Source: Gelidibacter sp. (GTDB lineage: Bacteria > Bacteroidota > Bacteroidia > Flavobacteriales > Flavobacteriaceae). From it: a DNA stretch of 35,266 nucleotides. Positions 1 to 9,810 of this stretch are shown piece after piece (position 1 is the stretch's first letter; every line of letters starts with the position of its first letter). The DNA lies in the NCBI GenBank assembly GCA_039935255.1, contig JBDTKP010000084.1, positions 1 through 35,266 on the forward strand, given 5' to 3'. Under the pieces are notes generated by a model. That model worked only from the letters and a program-made list of their open reading frames with translations. It had not been told where the DNA came from and did not search any database. The translations under genes were made by a program, and so were the position numbers.

Positions 1-37
1 TCCAATCAAAATTTAAACCTCTATGATCTCTTTGCAT
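1..37 (-). CDS. rodA: Rod shape-determining protein RodA, 5' end only (runs off window)
   Basis: ATG at 37-35 directly follows the mrdA stop (TAA ATG) and reads MQRDHRGLNFDW; only 12 codons are visible, so identity rests on the usual mrdA-rodA order. Confidence 0.6.
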   Translation of the reverse strand, partial: MQRDHRGLNFDW

Positions 38-1981
38 TTAGTCTAGCTTAAATGGTGATGGTGCGTTAATCAGATTGGATGTCGTATCCATTTTTATTTT
101 ATCAATAACCTGCCCAGCAGATTCCCGGTTGATGCCAAATGGTTTTCCTGAATATGGTTTGGCATATTCATTTTCCAAACTGTGCGTCAAAATCCAATTT
201 TCCATAGATGTCATCGTCACCTCACCTTTAATGTACTTTTCAATCATCAAACTGGAGATGCGACCTGCAAATCGACTTCCCCAATAGCCATTTTCAACAA
301 AAACGGCGATGGCAATTTTAGGATTATCTTTTGGCGCAAAAGCGACAAAAATGGAATGGTCGGTCAATTGCGTGCGCTTGCCATCTATCCTCATGAAATT
401 TTCAGCGGTCCCGGTTTTTCCACAAATTTCAATACCGGGTATCCTTAGTGTTGCAGCTGTACCTACATTATAGGCATCATACATTCCTTGTACTATCGGT
501 TCGAAATGTTCTTTATCAATGGTGGTGTAATTAGGTGTGGTGTATTTTTCATCAATTTTATCGCCCTCAATTTGTTTAATAATATGAGGTGTATAATAAA
601 ATCCACGATTGCTGATGGCAGCCACCATATTTGCCAATTGTATAGGGGTTGCCTCAACTTCGCCCTGACCAATGGCATTTGAAATATTGTACGTGGAGGA
701 CCATCTGTTTTCACCATACCATTTGTCATAAAAAGCACCATCCGGAATGCGTCCTTTATTTCCAATCTTGAGATCGTAACCCAAATAATCTCCTAGTCCA
801 AAACTTTTGACATGGTTACTCCAAACATCCATACCTTCACTTGGTTTGTCGTATTTGTCAATAATGCGTCTGTACACATTCACAAAATAAGCATTACAGG
901 ATTGTGCAATACCTGTATTCATCGATAATGGGCTTGCGTGACTATGGCATCCGGTTAACCTTCTGTTTCCTAGGTAATAGCCATGCCTGCAGGTGAATTG
1001 ATCTTGTGGCGTTACTACCTTTTCCTGAAGGCCAATTAAAGCACTTAAAACTTTAAAAGGAGAGCCAGGTGGATATTGCGCCTTTAAACTGCGGTCAAAA
1101 AGCGGTTTTGCAATCGTATCGTTATAGAGCTTAGTAAAATTTCTGGAGCGTTGTCTTCCAACTAATAAGTTTGGATTGTAGGATGGTGCGGAAACCATAG
1201 CAAGAATTTCACCAGAACTTGGTTCTATGGCAATAATGCCTCCATGTTTGTGGGTCATCAAGAGTTCACCGTATTTTTGTAGCTCAGCATCAATAGTAAT
1301 ACTGATGTCTCTTCCAGGCACCGGCAAGGTGTCATAAATCCCGTCCTTAAAAGCACCAATATCGCGGTTAAAGCGATCTTTTTGGATGAATTTGATTCCC
1401 TTTACGCCTCGCAACACTTCCTCATAGGAGAGCTCAACACCTTGTTTGCCAATTAAATCACCACTCTTGTAGTAAGGGTCGTTTTCTATAATGTAATTAT
1501 TGACCTCGCCGATATCTCCCAAAACATTGGCGCCAATATTGGTTTGATAATCTCTTAACGAACGTTTTTGAATATAAAATCCTTCATATTTTCTTATTTT
1601 TTCCTGTAAAACTGCATATTCAATTCTTGAAAGCTGCGGGATGAAAACGGAGGGTAATCTCGGGGAATAGCGGTATGCTTTATCGTAGAAATTTATAAAA
1701 TCTTCTTTGGTGATTTTTAAAAGATTACAAAACTCTAAAGTATCCATCTCTTTTACCTCACGTGGAATGAACATCACATCATATGAGGGTTGGTTGGCAA
1801 CTAGTAATTTGCCCTTTCTATCATAAACATAACCGCGCTTTGGATAATCGTAAACCTTTCGTATAGCATTGTCATCATATAGGTTATAAGGATCTTCATT
1901 GTACACTTGCAGATAAAATAAGCGTGCGATAAAAACCAAACCTACAATAACAATTATTGAAAGGAGTAGCAATTTTCTCAT
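38..1981 (-). CDS. mrdA: Penicillin-binding protein 2 (class B transpeptidase)
   Basis: N-terminal TM anchor; SxxK (PGSPFK), SxN (QSCN) and KTG (GKTGTAE) motifs; downstream of mreBCD. Confidence 0.95.
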   Translation of the reverse strand: MRKLLLLSIIVIVGLVFIARLFYLQVYNEDPYNLYDDNAIRKVYDYPKRGYVYDRKGKLLVANQPSYDVMFIPREVKEMDTLEFCNLLKITKEDFINFYDKAYRYSPRLPSVFIPQLSRIEYAVLQEKIRKYEGFYIQKRSLRDYQTNIGANVLGDIGEVNNYIIENDPYYKSGDLIGKQGVELSYEEVLRGVKGIKFIQKDRFNRDIGAFKDGIYDTLPVPGRDISITIDAELQKYGELLMTHKHGGIIAIEPSSGEILAMVSAPSYNPNLLVGRQRSRNFTKLYNDTIAKPLFDRSLKAQYPPGSPFKVLSALIGLQEKVVTPQDQFTCRHGYYLGNRRLTGCHSHASPLSMNTGIAQSCNAYFVNVYRRIIDKYDKPSEGMDVWSNHVKSFGLGDYLGYDLKIGNKGRIPDGAFYDKWYGENRWSSTYNISNAIGQGEVEATPIQLANMVAAISNRGFYYTPHIIKQIEGDKIDEKYTTPNYTTIDKEHFEPIVQGMYDAYNVGTAATLRIPGIEICGKTGTAENFMRIDGKRTQLTDHSIFVAFAPKDNPKIAIAVFVENGYWGSRFAGRISSLMIEKYIKGEVTMTSMENWILTHSLENEYAKPYSGKPFGINRESAGQVIDKIKMDTTSNLINAPSPFKLD

Positions 1982-2484
1982 TTACGTTTAGGGCTAAAGA
2001 GTATGGTGATAATTAAACAAAGAAGTATAGTAAAAATCCCTGAGAATAACGTTTTTTCAAGTATTAAAATTATTTTAGAAATGTTAAAAATCTCTAAGGA
2101 AAACATAATGAGATGATGAATGAATACCAACGCCGAAAAATAGGTCAATTTATTGCCGAAATCTATTTGATCGAATTTTATGGATTGATAGTCATAAACC
2201 GTTCCAAAAGAGAACTTTAAAAATACAGGTCTTATATATGCTATAGTTAAACATGCCGCGGCATGGACACCTCCTGAATCAGAAAACACGTCTACACAAA
2301 GACCCAACAAGAAAGCTAAGAATATAAATAACGTTCTATTGTTATTTGCAGGATATAAAAGAACAAACAAAACATAGACATAGGGGTTGATATAACCCAT
2401 AAAATCGATATGATTAAAGATTAATACTTGAACCAAGACCAAAACGACAAACCTTGCGGTCATATTCAGGGTTAATTTAGTCAT
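1978..2484 (-). CDS. mreD: Rod shape-determining protein MreD
   Basis: 168 aa polytopic membrane protein between mreC and mrdA, overlapping both. Confidence 0.9.
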   Translation of the reverse strand: MTKLTLNMTARFVVLVLVQVLIFNHIDFMGYINPYVYVLFVLLYPANNNRTLFIFLAFLLGLCVDVFSDSGGVHAAACLTIAYIRPVFLKFSFGTVYDYQSIKFDQIDFGNKLTYFSALVFIHHLIMFSLEIFNISKIILILEKTLFSGIFTILLCLIITILFSPKRK

Positions 2485-3301
2485 CTTTTGGTTTTTGTAG
2501 AGATCTTATTTCGGAAGCTTGTAAGTTCTCAATGACGTAAACATGGCCAATATTAGTCATGTCGTTAAACAATTTCACGTTCACGATATAGGTATCACCT
2601 CCAGTATCAATTTTAAAAGAGTTAATGGTACCAATTAAAATACCTTTAGGGAAAATAGTGGATTGTCCTCCAGTAATAATAGTGTCTCCTATGGCGACAG
2701 GAGCAAATTTCGAAATATCAATAAGTTGGGCAAACTCAGCCGACTCTGTATTCCAAACCAGAGAGCCAATATGGTTGGTTTTTTTTAATTGGGCATTAAT
2801 GCGGCTTCGCGTGTTCAAGATTGATAAAACTGAGGAGAAGTTTTGTGATGTATTTTCAATAATTCCAACAATTCCTTGAGATGTAATAACGCCGTGATCT
2901 ATTTTAATATGGTCTTTTTCTCCCTTATTTATGGTCAGATAATTGGCAGTTTGGGAGTAACTGTTTTTATACACATCAGCAGTCCTAAATTTAAAATGGG
3001 AATCGAGTCTGACGCTGTCTATATAATCGAGCCTTAGCGTATCCATGTCCATATTATGGACTATGGATTTTAGCATGCGGTTCTCTTCTAACAACGCCTT
3101 GTTTTCTTTACCCAAACTGAAGTATTTCCCAATTCCGTTAGCTGTTTTATACGCAGTTCCGGTGACTACATTGGACGAGTTAATAAACTTACTTTTGTGG
3201 TAGGAGTGTGATTGAATCGTAAAAAACAGAGACAATCCGAAAAGCAACAAAAACACAAGAAAAGTTTTGTTCCTAAGTACAAAGTTTATGATTTGTTGCA
3301 T
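2477..3301 (-). CDS. mreC: Rod shape-determining protein MreC
   Basis: N-terminal TM, coiled coil (ENKALLEENRMLK), INKG, GIVG and GDTIITGG..FPKGI motifs. Confidence 0.95.
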   Translation of the reverse strand: MQQIINFVLRNKTFLVFLLLFGLSLFFTIQSHSYHKSKFINSSNVVTGTAYKTANGIGKYFSLGKENKALLEENRMLKSIVHNMDMDTLRLDYIDSVRLDSHFKFRTADVYKNSYSQTANYLTINKGEKDHIKIDHGVITSQGIVGIIENTSQNFSSVLSILNTRSRINAQLKKTNHIGSLVWNTESAEFAQLIDISKFAPVAIGDTIITGGQSTIFPKGILIGTINSFKIDTGGDTYIVNVKLFNDMTNIGHVYVIENLQASEIRSLQKPKDD

Positions 3302-3310
3302 TTGGACTTA

Positions 3311-4339
3311 CTATTTGATCAATATACTTTTGAATTTAGGAAGGTTTTTCAATACAATTCCCGTTCCTCTAACAACCGCTCTTAAAGGATCTTCAGCAAT
3401 ATAAACTGGTAAATCTGTTTTTTGTGACAAACGCTTGTCCAAGCCTCTTAGCATAGAACCTCCACCAGCAAGATAAATTCCGGTGTTGTAAATATCTGCA
3501 GCTAATTCAGGAGGTGTTTGAGATAAGGTTTCCATAACAGAATCTTCAATACGCAAAATAGATTTATCAAGGGCTTTTGCGATTTCTCGGTAAGAAATTT
3601 GAACTTGTTTTGGTTTTCCTGTGAGAAGGTCACGTCCTTGAACACTCATTTCTTCTGGAGGTAACTCTAAATCTTCTGTTGCGGCACCAATTTGTATTTT
3701 AATTTTTTCCGCAGTGCGTTCACCTACATATAAGTTGTGTTGGGTACGCATATAATAAACAATATCATTTGTAAACACATCACCTGCAACTTTTACGGAT
3801 TTATCACATACAATTCCGCCTAAGGCGATCACTGCAATTTCAGTTGTACCACCTCCTATATCGACGATCATGTTTCCCTTTGGTTGCATGATATCAATAC
3901 CAATACCAATAGCTGCGGCCATGGGCTCATGAATCAAATAAACTTCTTTACCATTAACGCGCTCACAAGATTCCTTTACCGCACGCATCTCTACCTCAGT
4001 GATGCCTGACGGTATACATACCACCATACGCAACGCAGGTGTGAAAAAACGTTTTTTTAATGCTGGGATATTCTTGATAAACAAATTGATCATTTGTTCA
4101 GACGCATCGAAATCGGCAATAACACCATCTTTTAATGGTCTTATGGTTTTAATGTTTTCATGCGTTTTACCTTGCATCATGTTGGCTTCTTTACCAACAG
4201 CAATAATTTTTCCTGAAATTCGGTCTCTTGCAACAATTGAGGGACTATCTACAACTACTTTATCATTGTGAATAATTAAGGTGTTTGCAGTCCCTAAATC
4301 TATGGCTATTTCCTCTGTTAAGAAGTCAAAAAATCCCAT
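3311..4339 (-). CDS. mreB: Actin-like rod shape protein MreB
   Basis: IDLGTANT, RPLKDGVIADF, EPMAAAIG, DIGGGTTE, LAGGGSMLRGLD. Confidence 0.98.
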   Translation of the reverse strand: MGFFDFLTEEIAIDLGTANTLIIHNDKVVVDSPSIVARDRISGKIIAVGKEANMMQGKTHENIKTIRPLKDGVIADFDASEQMINLFIKNIPALKKRFFTPALRMVVCIPSGITEVEMRAVKESCERVNGKEVYLIHEPMAAAIGIGIDIMQPKGNMIVDIGGGTTEIAVIALGGIVCDKSVKVAGDVFTNDIVYYMRTQHNLYVGERTAEKIKIQIGAATEDLELPPEEMSVQGRDLLTGKPKQVQISYREIAKALDKSILRIEDSVMETLSQTPPELAADIYNTGIYLAGGGSMLRGLDKRLSQKTDLPVYIAEDPLRAVVRGTGIVLKNLPKFKSILIK

Positions 4340-4479
4340 GTATGTAATTTGTTTTGTAGGTTGATATTCGTTTATTTTTGATATTGTTGTAAATGTAACA
4401 AAACTTCATAACTATCAAAGATTTTATTACATACGTATTATAATAGATTTTGGACGATAATTTTTTGTTTTTTTAACGA

Positions 4480-6009
4480 TTAGTGTTTAAAATGACGGGT
4501 ACCTGTAAACACCATGGATACGTTGTTGTCATTGCAGTAATCGATGCTCAATTCATCTTTAATTGAGCCTCCTGGTTGAATTACCGCGGTAATGCCTGCA
4601 TTTTTTGCAATTTCAACACAATCAGGAAAAGGGAAAAACGCGTCGCTTGCCATAACAGCTCCTTTTAAATCAAAATTAAAAGACTGTGCTTTATGGATGG
4701 CTTGGTTGAGCGCATCTACGCGACTGGTTTGTCCGGTACCACTAGCAAATAATTGTTTGTTTTTCACCAGTACAATGGTATTCGATTTGGTGTGCTTGCA
4801 AATTTTGGAAGCAAATATCAAATCTTCTAACTCGTTTTCAGAGGGTTTATTGTTGGTGGCATTTGTCAAATCTGATAAAACATCTGTTTTATTATTCTTG
4901 TCCTGAACCAAAACACCGTTTAAGCAAGTTCTTACCGTTGTTTGAGGAAGTTCGATATCTTTTTGTACTAAGAGGATTCTGTTTTTCTTGCCTTCTAAAA
5001 TTTCTTTCGCTTCCGCAGAAAAACTTGGCGCTATAACCACTTCACAAAATAAACTGTGGATTTCTTCTGCTGTGGCTTTGTCTATCTCCGTGTTTGTAAT
5101 TAAAACACCACCAAATGCAGAAACTGGATCGCCTGCCAAAGCATCTACATAAGCTTGCTGCAACGTCTCTCTTTGTGCAAATCCACAAGCATTGTTGTGT
5201 TTTAATATTGCGAAGGTTGGAGCTTCACCTTTAAATTCATTCATCAAATTGACAGCTGCATCAACATCTAGCAGGTTGTTATAGCTTAATTCTTTACCGT
5301 GAAGTTGGTCGAACATCGCTTCAAAATCTCCATAGAAAAAGCCTTTTTGATGTGGGTTTTCACCATATCGCAACGCTTTTCCATTTGTTTCACTGATTTT
5401 GAAAACAGTTTCTTCTTGATTTTTATTGAAATAATTAAAAATCGCAGTATCGTAATGAGAAGACACATTAAACGCCTTGCCAGCAAAACGCTTCCTATCG
5501 GCCTCTGAAGTTTCTCCTTTTTTAGATTTTAAAAGTTCTAAAAACTCAGCGTAATCATCAACAGAAGAAACACAAATCACGTCTGCATAATTTTTGGCAG
5601 CAGCTCTAATTAAAGAAATGCCTCCAATATCTATTTTTTCAATGATATCTTCGTGACTTGAGTCAGAAGCCACTGTTTTTTCAAAAGGATATAAATCCAC
5701 AATAACCAAGTCAATTTGTGGGATTGAAAACTCTGCTAACTCTGTAATGTCCTTTTCGTTATCTTGACGGTTTAAAATACCTCCAAAAACTTTTGGATGT
5801 AGCGTTTTAACGCGTCCGCCCAAAATGGAAGGGTAAGAGGTCACTTCCTCTACAGGAATAACCTTGATGCCTAAATCCTTTATGAAGCTTTCAGTGCCTC
5901 CAGTGGAGTAAATCGTAACGCCTAACTGGTTTAATTCTTTAACAATAGGTTCTAATCCGTCTTTACTGAAAACAGAAATCAAGGCAGACGAAATGGTTTT
6001 GTTATGCAT
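4480..6009 (-). CDS. purH: Bifunctional AICAR transformylase/IMP cyclohydrolase
   Basis: STGGT, GGRVKTLHP, IDIGG, LRYGENPHQ, KHNNACG, SDAFFPF, TGTRHFKH. Confidence 0.98.
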   Translation of the reverse strand: MHNKTISSALISVFSKDGLEPIVKELNQLGVTIYSTGGTESFIKDLGIKVIPVEEVTSYPSILGGRVKTLHPKVFGGILNRQDNEKDITELAEFSIPQIDLVIVDLYPFEKTVASDSSHEDIIEKIDIGGISLIRAAAKNYADVICVSSVDDYAEFLELLKSKKGETSEADRKRFAGKAFNVSSHYDTAIFNYFNKNQEETVFKISETNGKALRYGENPHQKGFFYGDFEAMFDQLHGKELSYNNLLDVDAAVNLMNEFKGEAPTFAILKHNNACGFAQRETLQQAYVDALAGDPVSAFGGVLITNTEIDKATAEEIHSLFCEVVIAPSFSAEAKEILEGKKNRILLVQKDIELPQTTVRTCLNGVLVQDKNNKTDVLSDLTNATNNKPSENELEDLIFASKICKHTKSNTIVLVKNKQLFASGTGQTSRVDALNQAIHKAQSFNFDLKGAVMASDAFFPFPDCVEIAKNAGITAVIQPGGSIKDELSIDYCNDNNVSMVFTGTRHFKH

Positions 6010-6090
6010 GGTGTATGTTTATTTTGGCCTCATTTTTCAATGAATGCTATGGGAAAATCAAAATTTAATGAAATTCAATTTTTTAAAGCG

Positions 6091-6098
6091 CAAAAATA
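6091..6098 (-). promoter_or_regulatory. Bacteroidota -7 promoter box for purH
   Basis: TATTTTTG on the minus strand matches TAnnTTTG, about 80 nt upstream of the purH ATG. Confidence 0.5.
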
Positions 6099-6212
6099 CA
6101 TATTCTTAAAGACAATAGGAGGTAACAAGACACAGTTTATTTGAGATTTTTGTAACAAAAAAATGTTAAAAACGTCCTATCCTTGAAATCGTTTTAAAAC
6201 CACTAAAAATAG

Positions 6213-7463
6213 ATGCTGCTTTACTTACGCTTATTTAAAGAAAGTTTTTCATTTGCCATTAACGCGCTTACCAACAATAAGCTGCGTACGTTCTTATCAT
6301 TATTGGGCGTTACTATTGGTATTTTTTCAATTATTGCGGTTTTGGCAGCAGTAGATTCTTTAGATAGGAATATCCAGGATCAACTCTCTGGATTGGATAA
6401 GAATACCATCTACTTGACCAAATACTCATTTTTGACAACAGACGTTCCTAGATGGCAACGCGAAAATTTTCCTCAAACGGAATACAATGATTTTGATTTT
6501 ATACGACGAAATGTGCCTGACATTGCTGCATCAGCATATCTTATTTTTGGAAATCCACAAACCGTCAAATATCATTCAGAAACCATTTCTGGGGTGAATA
6601 TCAGTCCAGCATCTAATGGAATTTTTGATATTGACAATATAAAAATAGCGAATGGTCGTTTCTATACAGAATCTGAATCGATTAACGGTGCGCCAGTAAT
6701 TGTTTTGGGACATTCAGTGGCTGAAAATTTATTTGGAATTGCAAATCCTTTGGGAAAACAAATCAGGGCTTATGGTCGAAAATTGACAGTGATTGGCATC
6801 ATTAAAAAAATGGGTGGAGGTCTTGGTGGAAACGCTGATGATAGTGCTTACGTGCCTGCCAATTTTGTGAGACGTTTTCAAAGTGGTGGTATTAGTGGTA
6901 TTCCGGGAGCTATAATGATTATGCCAGAAAAAGGTGTCGATATGGGTGCTTTTGAAGGCGTTTTAAAACAAAAGTTTAGGGCATATAGGGGCTTAAAAGC
7001 AGGAGACCCTGACAACTTTTTTGTCAATAAAATGTCTGGCCAAATGGATGAAATTGATGCTATTATTGGCACCATGAACGTCATGGGGTGGATTATTAGT
7101 GGTTTTTCTTTATTAGTTGGAGGTTTTGGGATCGCAAATATCATGTTCGTAAGCGTAAAGGAGCGTACAAATTTGATTGGTATTCAAAAGTCCTTAGGGG
7201 CCAAAAACCGCTTTATCCTATTTCAGTTTTTGTTTGAAGCTGTTATTTTAGCCGTCATCGGTGGTGTTATTGGTCTTTTCTTTGTGTGGGTAGTTTCTTT
7301 GATAGCATCTCTGTTTACGGGCGATTTTGAATTCGTTCTTTCAGCAGGTAATATGTTCTTAGGTTTTATGCTTTCCACCATCATCGGGTTAATATCGGGA
7401 GTAATTCCTGCTATTTCTGCGTCAAGATTGGATCCCGTGGAAGCTATTAGAACGGGCATGTAG
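6213..7463 (+). CDS. ABC transporter permease, MacB/FtsX family (copy 1)
   Basis: NKLRTFLSLLGVTIGI TM1, large periplasmic domain, then GGFGIANIMFVSVKERT..IGIQKSLGA and C-terminal LDPVEAIR. Confidence 0.92.
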   Translation: MLLYLRLFKESFSFAINALTNNKLRTFLSLLGVTIGIFSIIAVLAAVDSLDRNIQDQLSGLDKNTIYLTKYSFLTTDVPRWQRENFPQTEYNDFDFIRRNVPDIAASAYLIFGNPQTVKYHSETISGVNISPASNGIFDIDNIKIANGRFYTESESINGAPVIVLGHSVAENLFGIANPLGKQIRAYGRKLTVIGIIKKMGGGLGGNADDSAYVPANFVRRFQSGGISGIPGAIMIMPEKGVDMGAFEGVLKQKFRAYRGLKAGDPDNFFVNKMSGQMDEIDAIIGTMNVMGWIISGFSLLVGGFGIANIMFVSVKERTNLIGIQKSLGAKNRFILFQFLFEAVILAVIGGVIGLFFVWVVSLIASLFTGDFEFVLSAGNMFLGFMLSTIIGLISGVIPAISASRLDPVEAIRTGM

Positions 7464-7667
7464 AAATAATTGAAATTTCAAAAATCAAATTACTTATTCG
7501 ACGTAAAACAGGTAAACCCTCATAAATGCTGTGTGGGATTAGATTTTTTATTAACATTTTTTAGTCTTTTCGACAACCAGATATCTCAAGTGCATTTTTT
7601 TTTGATTCCAGATTTATTTATGTAAAAAACATCTTATCTTTAATTAGATTTAAATCACTAGAGATAG

Positions 7668-8918
7668 ATGCTGCTTTACTTACGCTTATTCAAAGAAAGT
7701 TTTTCATTTGCTATAAACGCTCTTACCAACAATAAGTTGCGAACGTTTTTATCATTATTGGGGGTTACCATAGGTATCTTCTCCATAATTGCAGTTTTGG
7801 CAGCGGTAGATTCTTTGGACAGAAATATTCAGGATCAACTTTCGGGATTGGATAAGAACACGATGTATTTGACGAAGTTTTCATTTGGTCCAACTGATAT
7901 TCCACGATGGCAACGGGATAATTTCCCTCAAACAGAATATAGTGATTTTGACTTTATAAGACGAAACGTGCCGGACATTGCTGCATCTGCCTATGTTATT
8001 TTTGGAAGCCCACAAACGGTGAGATACGGTTCTGAAGTTATTTCTGGAGTGGATATCAGTGCCGTATCCAATGAGATTTATGAGATTGAAAACGTGAAAA
8101 TCGAGGAAGGCCGATTTTATACCGAGTCAGAGTCCATTAACGGATCTCCAGTAATTGTTCTGGGATATTCACTTGCTGAAAACTTGTTTGGAAACGCCAA
8201 CCCAATCGGAAAGCAAATAAGGGTTTATGGCCGAAGACTGACGGTCATAGGGGTGATGAAAAAAATGGGCGCAGGTCTTGGAGGGAGTCCGGATAATAAA
8301 GGTTATGTACCTGCTAATTTTGTGAGACGTTTTCTAGCTGGGGGTCCCGATGGCGTTGCTGGAGCGGTCATTATAAAACCGGCAAAGGGTGTAGACATGG
8401 GGGCTTTTGAAGGGGTGTTAAAACAGAAATTTAGAGTTTACAGAGGATTAAAAGCGGGCGAACCCGATAATTTTTTTGTGAATAAGATGTCTGGTTTTAC
8501 AGATGCTATCGACGGTATTATAGGCACCATGAATATTATGGGGTGGATAATCAGTGGCTTTTCATTATTGGTGGGTGGTTTCGGGATTGCGAACATCATG
8601 TTTGTGAGTGTTAAGGAGCGTACCAATTTAATCGGAATTCAGAAGTCATTAGGGGCAAAAAATAGATTCATTTTATTTCAGTTTTTATTTGAAGCGGTAA
8701 TTTTAGCCGTAATTGGCGGACTTGTGGGGCTTTTATTTGTGTGGATTGTTTCTTTGATAGCCTCTCAATTTACCGGCGATTTCGAATTCGTCCTTTCTGC
8801 GGGTAATATGTTTTTAGGTTTTATTCTTTCCACTCTTATTGGATTGATATCGGGTGTTATTCCCGCTATTTCCGCGTCAAGACTGGATCCGGTGGAGGCT
8901 ATTAGGACTGGCATGTAA
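7668..8918 (+). CDS. ABC transporter permease, MacB/FtsX family (copy 2, tandem paralog)
   Basis: Same motifs and same length (416 aa) as copy 1; about 61 substitutions by manual count (~85% identity). Confidence 0.92.
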   Translation: MLLYLRLFKESFSFAINALTNNKLRTFLSLLGVTIGIFSIIAVLAAVDSLDRNIQDQLSGLDKNTMYLTKFSFGPTDIPRWQRDNFPQTEYSDFDFIRRNVPDIAASAYVIFGSPQTVRYGSEVISGVDISAVSNEIYEIENVKIEEGRFYTESESINGSPVIVLGYSLAENLFGNANPIGKQIRVYGRRLTVIGVMKKMGAGLGGSPDNKGYVPANFVRRFLAGGPDGVAGAVIIKPAKGVDMGAFEGVLKQKFRVYRGLKAGEPDNFFVNKMSGFTDAIDGIIGTMNIMGWIISGFSLLVGGFGIANIMFVSVKERTNLIGIQKSLGAKNRFILFQFLFEAVILAVIGGLVGLLFVWIVSLIASQFTGDFEFVLSAGNMFLGFILSTLIGLISGVIPAISASRLDPVEAIRTGM

Positions 8919-9157
8919 TGAATTGTTTGAAGCAAAACTTCATAAGAGTTCTTACGTATCCATTTTGTGGGGTTCTCTTATATATCTGTTTTCTAATGGT
9001 TTTTGAAACACCAAATTATCAAATCAAAATTTATCAATCAAGAGCTGTGATTTATGGTGTTTTAGGTTTTATTTTTGTCTTCGTTTATTTAATGGTAGAT
9101 ATTATTCTCATTCTTAAATCAGTTTTTAAAAAGAAAGTAATTCTAAAATTAAAATAG
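8918..9157 (+). CDS. Small hypothetical membrane protein
   Basis: TAATG stop/start overlap with permease 2; two hydrophobic segments and a basic C-terminus; very AT-rich. Confidence 0.45.
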   Translation: MNCLKQNFIRVLTYPFCGVLLYICFLMVFETPNYQIKIYQSRAVIYGVLGFIFVFVYLMVDIILILKSVFKKKVILKLK

Positions 9158-9203
9158 AAAATAATTCTTGCAAAATAATGTTCTAAGTGTTTATAGGAAC
9201 TAA

Positions 9204-9255
9204 AAACCTCTCAGATTTTGAAAACTTGAAAGGTTTGAAGCTCTGCGACTCTGCG
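9204..9255. repeat. Imperfect palindrome plus short tandem repeat (REP-like remnant or terminator)
   Basis: AAACCTCTCAGATTTTGAAAACTTGAAAGGTTT (9204-9236) followed by CTCTGCGA CTCTGCG, between convergent genes. Confidence 0.45.
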
Positions 9256-9263
9256 ATAAATTT

Positions 9264-9719
9264 TTAGAGGATGGTAGCGACCTGAGCACAAACAAACTCC
9301 AAAAACCGCTCGTCTTTTTCTGTAAACGGATCAATCGTATTGGAGTCAATATCAATTTGACCTATATTTTCGCCATTCACAAATATTGGAATCACGATTT
9401 CGGATTTTACCGTTATGCTACATGCGATGTAATTGTCTTGCGCAGAAACATCCGGCACTACAAAATTCTGGTTACTGACTGCTACTTGTCCGCAAATGCC
9501 TTTTCCGAAAGGAATGATGGTATGATCTGTGGGCGCACCAACGTAAGGTCCTAATTTTAATTCTTCCTTATCACCATTGCGGAAGTAAAATCCCACCCAG
9601 TTATAATATGTTACATTAGCTTCAAGAACTTCACAAATTGAAAGCAAACGCTCATCAATGGTGTCGTCCTTTTTAGAAATTATCGAAATTATTTGCGGTT
9701 TAAGTTGCTCTAGATTCAT
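9264..9719 (-). CDS. msrC: GAF-domain protein, free methionine-(R)-sulfoxide reductase-like
   Basis: NWVGFY, LGPYVG, GKGICG, YIACS, SEIVIP and DIDS motifs of the fRMsr/YebR family. Confidence 0.75.
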   Translation of the reverse strand: MNLEQLKPQIISIISKKDDTIDERLLSICEVLEANVTYYNWVGFYFRNGDKEELKLGPYVGAPTDHTIIPFGKGICGQVAVSNQNFVVPDVSAQDNYIACSITVKSEIVIPIFVNGENIGQIDIDSNTIDPFTEKDERFLEFVCAQVATIL

Positions 9720-9810
9720 TATTAAAAAGTTTTTGTAAAAGTATTCATAAACTGCCGCTTCGATTCTGTTTTTTGAATATTTTTAACAATATACACTCAA
9801 ACTAATACTC

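Noticed and set aside
6010-6090. Possible ZMP/ZTP or purine riboswitch ahead of purH
   Set aside because: Leader is short and AT-rich, with no recognisable aptamer or terminator
6213-8918. Permease duplication as an assembly artefact
   Set aside because: Copies differ at many synonymous and about 61 amino-acid positions, and both frames are intact
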